This document shows, one piece after another, positions 11,075-19,735 of a stretch of DNA of 19,735 nucleotides. The stretch comes from Octopus sinensis (Eukaryota). Each line of letters opens with the position of its first letter. Position 1 is the first letter of the stretch. A model generated the notes under the pieces. That model saw only the letters and a program-made list of their open reading frames with translations. It was not told where the DNA came from and did no database searches. The DNA is taken from the NCBI RefSeq assembly GCF_006345805.1, contig NW_021824147.1, positions 1-19,735 of the forward strand, written 5' to 3'. A program made the translations under genes and the position numbers.

Positions 11075-11187
11075 CTCACTGTCCAGTCCTAGTGTGAATA
11101 ACATGAAAAAGAAAAGAATTGACCAAAGTTGAGGAATCGGAAGACGCGCCAAAGCTTCAGGATACACGACGAAGGCCAACTCGAAAC
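11075..11187 (-). CDS. SLC6 exon h (EL4/TM8): (G)[37 protein letters not shown]
   Basis: 113 nt; acceptor ttttgtAG, donor GTaaat; LAF..YPEA and LGLDS motifs. Confidence 0.96.
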
Positions 11188-11216
11188 CTACAAAAGAAAA
11201 AAAAAAAATTTATCTC

Positions 11217-11400
11217 TTGTTTCACTCAATAGCCAGTGGCCATGCTGGGGCACGGCCTTGAAGGTATTTAGTCGCATGAATCCACTCCAGAACTTTTATT
11301 TAAAAACTGATACTTATTCTATCGGTCTCTTGACGAGCCACTAGGTCACTGGGACGAAAACAAACCAACACCAATTATCAAGTGATGTAGGGACACATAT
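11217..11400 (-). mobile_element. SINE family A, old 3'-half copy
   Basis: TTGTTTCA..GTGGCCATGCTGGGGCAC..TACTTATTCTATCGGTCTCTT..ACACCA..TCAAG aligns to 14431-14600. Confidence 0.75.
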
Positions 11401-11404
11401 TCAT

Positions 11405-11961
11405 CTCTATATATAGACATCTATCTATCTGTACATCGATATCTATCTATCTATCTGTACATCGATATCTATCTATCTATCTATACATCGATATCTATCT
11501 ATCTATCTATACATCGATATCTATCTATCTATCTGTACATCAATATCTATCTATCTATCTATCTATACATCGATATCTATCTATCTATCTATCTATACAT
11601 CGATATCTATCTATCTATCTATCTATACATCGATATCTATCTATCTATCTATCCATACATCGATATCTATCTATCTATCTATCCATACATCGATATCTAT
11701 CTATCTATCTATCTATACATCGATATCTATCTATCTATCTATCTATACATCGATATCTATCTATCTATCTATCTGTACATCGATATGTATCTATCTATCT
11801 ATCTGTACATCGATATCTATCTATCTATCTATCTATCTGTACATCGATATCTATCTATCTATCTATCTATCTATCTGTACATCGATATCTATCTATCTAT
11901 CTATCTATCTATCTGTACATCGATATCTATCTATCTATCTATCTATCTATCTGTACATCGA

Positions 11962-11994
<33 letters not shown>

Positions 11995-12141
11995 GTACAT
12001 CGATATCTATCTATCTATCTATCTATCTATCTGTACATCGATATCTATCTATCTATCTATCTATCTGTACATCGATATCTATCTATCTGTACATCGATAT
12101 CTATCTATCTATACATCGATATCTATCTATCTGTACATCGA

Positions 12142-12174
<33 letters not shown>

Positions 12175-12321
12175 GTACATCGATATCTATCTATCTATCT
12201 ATCTATCTATCTGTACATCGATATCTATCTATCTATCTATCTATTTATCTGTACATCGATATCTATCTATCTATATCTATCTGTACATCGATATCTATCT
12301 ATCTATCTATCTGTACATCGA

Positions 12322-12362
<41 letters not shown>

Positions 12363-13385
12363 GTACATCGATATCTATCTATCTATCTATCTGTACATCG
12401 ATATCTTTCTATCTATCTATCTGTACATCGATATCTTTCTATCTATCTATCTGTACATCGATATCTTTCTATCTATCTATCTGTACATCGATATCTTTCT
12501 ATCTATCTATCTGTACATCGATATCTTTCTATCTATATATCTGTACATCGATATCTTTCTATCTATATACATCTGTACATATCTTTATCTTGTACATCGA
12601 TATATCTTCTGTACATCGATATCTTTCTATCTATATATCTGTACATCGATATCTTTCTATCTATATATCTGTACATCGATATCTTTCTATCTATATATCT
12701 GTACATCGATATCTTTCTATCTATATATCTGTACATCGATATCTTTCTATCTATATATCTGTACATCGATATCTTTCTATCTATATATCTGTACATCGAT
12801 ATCTTTCTATCTATATATCTGTAATCGATATCTTTCTATCTAATATCTGTACATCGATATCTTTTATCTATATATCTGTACATCGATATCTTTCTATCTA
12901 TATACTGTACATCGATATCTTTCTATCTATATATCTGTACATCGATATCTTTCTATCTATATATCTGTACATCGATATCTTTCTATCTATATCTGTACAT
13001 CGATATCTTTTATCTATATATCTGTACATCGATATCTTTCTATCTATATATCTGTACATCGATATCTTTCTATCTATATATCTGTACATCGATATCTTTC
13101 TATCTATATATCTGTACATCGATATCTTCTATCTATATATCTGTACATCGATATCTTTCTATCTAATATCTGTACATCGATATCTTTCTATCTATATATC
13201 TGTACATCGATATCTTTCTATCTATATATCTGTACATCGATATCTTTCTATCCATATATCTGTACATCGATATCTTTCTATCCATATATCTGTACATCGA
13301 TATCTTTCTATCCATATATCTGTACATCGATATCTTTCTATCTATATATCTGTACATCGATATTTTCTCTATATATATGTAGATA
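11405..13385. repeat. ~2-kb (TCTA/GATA)n-derived minisatellite with a TGTACATCGATA core, converging on a 30-bp unit
   Basis: Left half: core plus variable (TCTA)n. From 12361: 30-mer CTGTACATCGATATCTTTCTATCTATATAT and variants. Confidence 0.97.
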
Positions 13386-13499
13386 TGTATAACTTTTATG
13401 TTCTATAATAATTTCCAATAAATGCTTATTAGCAGATATGTTGAACAGATCTCTCAACTGGCATTATGTGTGTACATACACACGTACACCTATAAATAA

Positions 13500-13501
<2 letters not shown>

Positions 13502-13536
<35 letters not shown>
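13502..13536. repeat. (CA)n microsatellite
   Basis: Direct reading. Confidence 0.9.
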
Positions 13537-13539
<3 letters not shown>

Positions 13540-13594
13540 GCAGTGAGACAGACAGACAAATATTAGTAGAACGTAATAGGTGTGGTGAGGTTAC

Positions 13595-13719
13595 CTCCTT
13601 TGGCTAAATTGTCGATTTCCACATTGGATTCTGTCGATAAACCCCCTAAAACACTGAAGATGACAAAACCTGCGATGATGCTGGTCACCAGATCCATCAC
13701 ACTGATGATGAGAGAGTCT
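13595..13719 (-). CDS. SLC6 exon g (TM7): DSLIISVMDLVTSIIAGFVIFSVLGGLSTESNVEIDNLAKG(G)
   Basis: 125 nt; acceptor gtttcAG, donor GTaacc; TS..AGF.IFSVLG motif. Confidence 0.96.
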
Positions 13720-14413
13720 CTGAAACAGACAGAAGAGGAAATTAATAAGATTACCGAGGAAATTTGTGGCGTTCAATGGATTTCTGAACGATACTAACGC
13801 TGTGAAAGAAGTGACGTCACCCAATTATTGAAACTGACCGCACGGTTTCGATACCCTACCCAGCTCGTCAGGAAATGATTATTTCTACCCAATAACAGTA
13901 AGTCATATGTTTAGAGTAGTGAGTACTAGTCAATCTCATTGACAACTCCGGAGAGATGTTAGTATTTGCGTTGGATTTGAACTCAGTACAAAAGGAGTTG
14001 AATACCAAATAACTTTTTTGCCCGGCTTCATCCCACCCACGAGAAGGTAACTGTATAAATCCCGCTTCCTCATAACTATTGGATTCGTGACACTTTTTGC
14101 ATCAGACCAATACAAGTTTGAAGCCCGAGTGAGTGGGACTGGATCTGCACAAATCATGTCCACTGTAATAATATTCATCTTGCAAGCTGTTCAGTAGACC
14201 AAGGCACCAGTGAAACTGTGTCTTGTTGAATCTTCATTGGTTGAAGCAATGAGAGTGTCCACCCTCTATAATAGAACATTATCAAAGCTGAGCCTTTTCC
14301 CTCGAAAACAAACCAGCCTTCACCAGGAGTACTAGTGTAGTTAGCAATTCAGTTGAATTAACCACGGCACAGGAGGAGGTGTCCCGGACGTCGTGATTAT
14401 ATATATGTATGTA

Positions 14414-14696
14414 TTCTTTTACTCTTTTACTTGTTTCAGTCATTTGACTGTGGCCATGCTGGAGCACCGCCTTTAGTCGAAGAAATCGACCCCGGGACTT
14501 ATTCTTTTGTAAGCCCAGTACTTATTCTATCGGTCTCTTTTGCCGAACCGCTAAGTGACGGGGACGTAAACACACCAGCATCGGTTGTCAAGCAATGCTA
14601 GGGAGACAAACACAGACACTCAAACACACACACACATACATATATATATACATATATATACGACAGGCTTCTTTCAGTTTCCGTCTACCAAATCCA
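14414..14696 (-). mobile_element. SINE family A, 5'-truncated, well-preserved copy
   Basis: Reverse complement of 1824-2076, including the internal (CA)/(TA) tract and the (TCTTTTAC) tail repeats. Confidence 0.88.
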
Positions 14697-14811
14697 GTGT
14701 ATCTGAGACTGATGGGACACGTTTTAAACGCAAATAGTTACAACTGGAACAATGGATGGGAGCATTTTGTTGGGCGGGGTAATTTTTCTGTCCCCTCGTC
14801 GCTGCAGTAAT

Positions 14812-14881
14812 AATCTTTTCTACTGAGGGCACAAGGTCTGAAATTTTTGGAGGGGGAGTAGTCGACTGCATCGACACCAGT
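14812..14881 (-). mobile_element. SINE family B 3' fragment
   Basis: GCACAAGGTCTGAAATTTTTGGAGGGGGAGTAGTCGACTGCATCGAC matches 7230-7280. Confidence 0.65.
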
Positions 14882-14884
14882 ATC

Positions 14885-15130
14885 TCTAGGGGACAGTATC
14901 AGATCAGCATCAAGGGGAATATAAAGGAAATTGGAACAGAGTGCCCAGTAGAACTGTTACGAAATGTTTGCCTCCTTGGCACGGTTAGAATAATCAGGAA
15001 AGTATTAGATCACTGAAAAGAATGGATAGCATGGTACCGTAGGCTGCAGGCAGTAGACTCAGTACACATGCAAGACTCCAGAACTAAAAAAAAACCTGTG
15101 ATAAAGAGATAATAATAATAATGATAATAA
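14885..15130 (+). mobile_element. 3' fragment of an R4/Dong-like (RLE-endonuclease) non-LTR retrotransposon with (TAA)n tail
   Basis: 14909-15016 translates IKGNIKEIGTECPVELLRNVCLLGTVRIIRKVLDH*, preceded by frameshifted LGTVS. This resembles the LQK..LLGT..I.RKVL C-terminus of R4/Dong ORFs. About 95 nt of 3' UTR, then (TAA)n at ~15110-15130. Confidence 0.72.
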
Positions 15131-15174
15131 TTAGGTGTCAGAGAATGAAAGGAAACATTCTAAGTGCTACTTAC

Positions 15175-15278
15175 ATATAAATATTATTTTTAAACTTGTT
15201 GAAACTCCCAAACATGATAATCCCTCCAAAACACACGCTGAGCGAGAAGAACATTTGACCTGCAGCATCCACCCACAT
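15175..15278 (-). CDS. SLC6 exon f (TM6): [34 protein letters not shown](I)
   Basis: 104 nt; acceptor gctgcAG, donor GTaagt; W.DAA.Q.FFSL motif. Confidence 0.96.
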
Positions 15279-15529
15279 CTGCAGCAAAACAAAGATTATT
15301 AATTAACGACAACACATATAGGTAAGACGATTTGAAAATTAAGATCAAAATTTCATTATTTTCAAAAATCAGCGTGAGATTAAGGGATGTGGATTTAGGC
15401 ACACAGCCATGCCTGTCGTCATAAAAAAAACAGTAAAAATATAAGTATCGTATTTATATGTAGCCAGCTCTCATTGCCCTAACATAAACATCTCCCTCCC
15501 TCGGGAGGGAGGTGTGTATGCTAGGAGAC

Positions 15530-15702
15530 CTGGAACGAAAAAGCACCCAGTACACAGTGTAAAGTGGTTGATGTTAGGAAAGGCATTCGACCGTACAAAC
15601 CATTCCAAAGCATTGGAGCATGCTACAGTCCTTGAAACCATTGGAACTTACCAAATTTTCCGACCCATATAAGCGAGGAACATGGACGTTAAATGATGAT
15701 GA
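15530..15702 (+). mobile_element. SINE-like family C copy with (TGA)n tail
   Basis: AAAAGCACCCAGTACAC.GTGTAAAGTGGTTG.TGTTAGGAA.GGCAT..GGACGTTAAATGATGATGA; second copy at 5410-5575. Confidence 0.6.
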
Positions 15703-15720
15703 AATTCTTTGAAAACTTAC

Positions 15721-15855
15721 CGATAAATCAGTAAATTTGTTCCAGTCTGGAATTATAAACTTTTTTATGCCTTTAATGGCTCCAGGCATCGTACATCCAC
15801 GGACTAAGAGAATCAGAAGAATGATATAAGGAAATGTTGCTGTGAAATACACCAC
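15721..15855 (-). CDS. SLC6 exon e (TM5): [45 protein letters not shown]
   Basis: 135 nt; acceptor ttttcAG, donor GTaagt; lies within track ORF 15574..15960. Confidence 0.97.
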
Positions 15856-16564
15856 CTGAAAAAGAGATTTTAAAGAAAAAATTACTAATGGATCGAATGT
15901 GTTACGAACAGGTATTCGTCGTCTCCGGGGTTCGAATCTGTCGAATTGTATTCGGAACAAATATGCAAGTCTTTGAAAATTAATATTTTTATAACTGAAT
16001 CAGACAGTTGTGTAATGATCTGCTTTATTAGCGACAGAATCAGTATTAGTCCGGTATAGTATTTTGTATATCTAAGGATATATCATGGAGCCCTCACCAG
16101 TTGAGGACTCCATGGCAAGATAATATCACAGGTAAGCCTTTATGTTAGGGGTTACTATATTTAATGTGACCACCGTTTCCTCAAGTTTTGACTACGTCAT
16201 TATTCTTTAACTGCTATTCACAGATGACAATCCCTAATTAAAATCAAAATTTCAGTTGTCTACATATATGATTGCATATTCGATGATGTTCAACCTGTTC
16301 TGATTGAGCATATCTCTCAACAGCATTCCAGCCATGACATCACAATTTTTGTATATCACTGTCTAATTCCTCGCTCTTTAGGAGAGAAGAGTGTGATTTG
16401 AGGGAGATATTGCTTCTATTTCTAGCAGGTCAAAAGACTGCGTAGAATATCTTCTTCCCGATGGAACAAGATGTACAGAATATATGTGATGATTATTTTT
16501 TGTTTTTGGTTAATCGTTACAAAGTTCTTAAACATTTCTAATCACAGGTAATCATTTGTCTTAC

Positions 16565-16703
16565 CTTTCCTGACGATTTTACACCTTTATATAAACAAGC
16601 CACAACAATTATCCACGATAACAGTAAACACAGTGACAAACGCCAAAGTGGGATGCCAATATTTTCTGGTTCCAGGCCGATAGATTTCTCGGTGACCTCT
16701 AAA
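16565..16703 (-). CDS. SLC6 exon d (TM4): LEVTEKSIGLEPENIGIPLWRLSLCLLLSWIIVVACLYKGVKSSGK
   Basis: 139 nt; acceptor tcttcAG, donor GTaaga; W.L.LCL...W...KGVKSSGK motif. Confidence 0.96.
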
Positions 16704-17703
16704 CTGAAGATAAAAATGAAAGACTAGGTTACTTGTACACATATACACATGCCCGGGTCAATGCGTTTACACACACATATGATAAACGCGCACACACATA
16801 TTCCAGTAAACGAAACGCATACAACTACATAATGTGCGCACTGGAACACACACACAAACAATGTCCACACAATTTTCAGTTCGCTTACACATTCATACTC
16901 ACACGCTCGCCTCCATTCATACATACATACGTACACCTTTCTCAAATACACACGCGCTTGAATAAATTTGTTTAGCCGGGTTATTATTATTTCCCTTTCA
17001 TTCTGCCTTTTCCTTCTGGCCATCTCATGTTGAACCGTTAATCCCTACACATTTTTTCTGTTTTTTTTTTCATTGTTCTTTTTTCCCTCCTCATCCTTTC
17101 TGCGGAAGAGCGGAGATTCGAAACGCACAAAACTTCCCGCACATTCTTCCCGAGCATTAAACTAATACACCTGCTTGTTGTTCCTACAGCTGTTTTCGTC
17201 TTTTTGTTTTCTGTAAATTTTAACTGCATCTATACTTTTTACTACGAAAATGTTTAAGATTGCCTGATGAAATGGTATGGCGATATGGTAATGGGAATGT
17301 TATGTAATATGCATTATTGAATAAATGGCCAAGCTGTAGAAACACATGTAGCATAGATTGAACCGACCATTCAAGTCTGTACATATATGTCATAAAAAGC
17401 ATAAATTTCAAATACTTACTCCTTATGTTTCACAACTATTTCCCTGGCATAAAACACCACACAGATTAGTATTATGTTACTTTCATTCATTTATATATCT
17501 TGAATATGCATTGCACAACTGTAAAATGGCCAGTTTAAATAAGCCGCCATCGATGAAACTTCGAAATTACTCTCAGCAATTTACAATATATACATATATA
17601 GCAATGACTAGCGAAAATGCATATCTAAGAAGAGAAGCAAACAAATCTTACAATAGACATGAATTAAAAGCAAAGTAAAGGAAGGAAAAAAACAAAAACT
17701 AAC

Positions 17704-17873
17704 TCGAAATAAAGAGCTGGGGCTGTCATGAAGTTTGTGCTGTTGACACAAGAGACATTGTAACCAGGTTCATTTAGGGCTTCGTTGCATATACAACCGG
17801 CTTTGTCAAGGGTTACATTTCCTGTACACATTAGTCTCTCTGAGACACAACTCTTTGTTGTTCTGTTGATAAA
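17704..17873 (-). CDS. SLC6 exon c (EL2): FINRTTKSCVSERLMCTGNVTLDKAGCICNEALNEPGYNVSCVNSTNFMTAPALYF(D)
   Basis: 170 nt open frame; acceptor atttcAG, donor GTtagt; starts in phase 0 and ends in phase 2, exactly bridging exons b and d; ends in a P..YF variant of the SP..EYF EL2 motif; four N-X-S/T sequons. Confidence 0.88.
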
Positions 17874-18164
17874 CTGAAATGCATAAAATCAGAAGGAATC
17901 AATGAAAATCAGAGTAAAGGTTACACGCAAACGCACATACAGGTTTATATATATACATACATACACACTTTCGTACGATGTCCTACGTTATGTGAATATA
18001 ATTACACACGGAAAAAGCTCCGCTGAAAGAGATATGATGCTTTCTACGGGGTTGGTAAATACGTTTCAAAGAATGAACGGGAAAGATTGTGGAAAAAGTG
18101 AGGCTATCTGATGAAGAAAAAGAATGCGGGGAGGGGGAGTGGAGTGAAAGCCCCCTGCCACATA

Positions 18165-18216
18165 CACACATTTACATACACGACTTGCTGCTCTCAGTTT
18201 CCGTCTACCAAATCCA
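18165..18216 (-). mobile_element. SINE family A internal fragment
   Basis: CAGTTTCCGTCTACCAAATCCA is identical to 14675-14696. Confidence 0.7.
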
Positions 18217-18235
18217 AAGAAGGAATGATACTTAC

Positions 18236-18363
18236 ACTATCACAGCTAGACCATGGTAATGTTGATTGCATCGAGGCGAAGAAATAAAATAATGTATACG
18301 CCATGATGACGTTGTAATAAATGGCAACAAAGAGGGAGATAATCGCCATGGAGATTCCAATTC
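18236..18363 (-). CDS. SLC6 exon b (TM3): [43 protein letters not shown]
   Basis: 128 nt; acceptor gtttcAG, donor GTaagt; YYNVI and LPW..C motifs. Confidence 0.96.
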
Positions 18364-18911
18364 CTGAAACAGTAGAAAATAAATGAGGCCCCTTTGTTTT
18401 ATTTTTAATATTGATTTTTATTCAGGGTAAACAAAAAAAGTCATTGTTATTTTTTTCTGGAGATGGCTAACATCGATGAAATCGATAATAATTTCATATC
18501 TAATTTATGCAGTTATGAATGGTGAAATAAAGAAACATCAATGAGCAAAAATGTAGGAATAATGTCCCATTAAATTTGGATTTTTACACGGTATATAACT
18601 CTGGAACGAAGAAATGAAGCGCATACGAAAAATGGCGAACGTAGATTTTGGTAGGAATCGTTAAAGAAGAGATGAGGTTGAAAGAGATACAAGAAGACCG
18701 TCTTTTTGGACAGTGATCGTCTGCAACCTTTATAATCCGCACTAATTTACTCAAATATACAAATATTTCATTTAATTATTTAATTTAATATTTGTTGAAT
18801 TTAGAGAAGCTATTTGATGCAAAGTTCCAGAAAATTCGATGTTGTACTTTTATCAAATTGTATTAGACAAACTGAACCCTAAATTTATAGAAATTAGTTG
18901 ATAGACTTTAC

Positions 18912-19043
18912 CTTTTGCACTTGGATTCATGTCCCAAACACCTGTTGGACCCTTTGCTGAGTATTGTCCCATTACTAATTCCATAAAATACATTGGTTTA
19001 CCAATCAAAAGCTGAAGCACCAAATAAGCAATGAGAAAGGCAG
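18912..19043 (-). CDS. SLC6 exon a (TM2): (A)AFLIAYLVLQLLIGKPMYFMELVMGQYSAKGPTGVWDMNPSAK(G)
   Basis: 132 nt; acceptor ttctttgcAG, donor GTaaag; phase 1 at both ends; matches the SLC6 GAFL.PY...G.P.F..E..LGQ pattern. Confidence 0.95.
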
Positions 19044-19129
19044 CTGCAAAGAAGAGACAAAACTATTTAAGACTTAGAAAAGTACGTTTACATAAATAAA
19101 TCTATACACACAAATGCTTAGACACATCT

Positions 19130-19131
<2 letters not shown>

Positions 19132-19168
<37 letters not shown>
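19132..19168. repeat. (CA)n microsatellite abutting the MITE
   Basis: Direct reading. Confidence 0.9.
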
Positions 19169-19170
<2 letters not shown>

Positions 19171-19171
19171 A

Positions 19172-19533
19172 CAGTATACATTTAAATACATAAGAGGTAT
19201 CCATCATATGATTCCTGACACGCTGGAAGGAACAGCCAAAATCCAAACCTCTATTAGAGATAAACTTCGAAGGGAAAGAAAAATAAAAACACAGACCATC
19301 AAACTCCAGGACCATGGTTTTTGACTAAGCGTACCTGTTGATGAAGACTTCGCCTAGCGAATTATTCTATTTGCTATAAAAAGCCAGAAACCATGGTCCA
19401 GGCGATAGAGAGTAAGTGTTTTATTTTTAATTCCCTTCGAAGTTTATATCTAATAGTGGTCTAGATTTTGGCTGTACTTTCTAGCATGCCAGGAATCCTA
19501 TGATTGATACCTCTTATGTTTAAATGTACACTG
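19172..19533. mobile_element. Palindromic MITE, Tc1/mariner-type (TA|CAGT...ACTG|TA)
   Basis: Inverted arms ~19172-19326 and ~19382-19533 (roughly 80-85% identical by eye), TA on both flanks (19170-19171, 19534-19535), CAGT termini, no coding capacity. Confidence 0.85.
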
Positions 19534-19639
19534 TATTTTTTGAATAATATATTGTTATTGACTAATTTTCTACACGCCTGGCCACTGGTAGTAAAAATTA
19601 CTAAAAATTTTTATTACCCTGATATTATTAATATGTATA

Positions 19640-19644
<5 letters not shown>

Positions 19645-19682
<38 letters not shown>
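19645..19682. repeat. (TA)n microsatellite
   Basis: Direct reading. Confidence 0.9.
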
Positions 19683-19688
<6 letters not shown>

Positions 19689-19735
19689 CATAATATGTAT
19701 TAAAAATATATATACACACAAATATGTAATACATA

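Noticed and set aside
11785-13408. Long YLSI/MYRYIDRKIS repeat ORFs and a superficially CRISPR-like periodicity
   Set aside because: A tandem minisatellite: the sequence between cores is (TCTA)n rather than unique spacers, there are no cas genes, and the context is a eukaryotic intron.
13582-13797. 71-aa plus-strand ORF
   Set aside because: Antisense shadow of SLC6 exon g.
14030-14400. Higher-GC complex segment, possibly an old transposon or alternative exon
   Set aside because: No recognisable peptide or convincing splice pair, and exons f and g already join in frame; left unassigned.
17263-17300. CTGATGA as a hammerhead core or snoRNA box
   Set aside because: No following stem II/GAAA and no paired C/D terminal stem.

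Overview
AT-rich, intron-rich eukaryotic DNA, most likely an octopus (inferred from the SINE families and simple-repeat load, not from a database search). The main feature is a minus-strand SLC6/NSS (Na+/Cl--coupled neurotransmitter:sodium symporter family) gene. I reconstructed 13 coding exons between 19043 and 3887. All have GT-AG boundaries, phases are consistent, and they give 1670 nt (about 555 aa, TM2 to C-terminus, TGA at 3887-3889). The TM1/N-terminal exon(s) lie beyond the right edge of the window. Diagnostic residues resemble the nutrient amino-acid transporter (NAT/KAAT1-like) branch rather than GlyT, GAT or monoamine transporters. The protein has an unusually Cys-rich EL2 and several acidic substitutions at conserved positions. 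The introns contain: (1) a 5'-truncated CR1-group LINE lacking its whole RT core, whose 3' tail matches the tail of a local SINE family with a co-varying hairpin; (2) an R4/Dong-like 3' fragment; (3) a 362-bp palindromic Tc1/mariner-type MITE; (4) several SINE families; (5) three large simple-repeat arrays. Almost all long ORFs in the supplied track are artefacts of these repeats. I found no prokaryotic-type system, CRISPR array, rRNA or tRNA gene.
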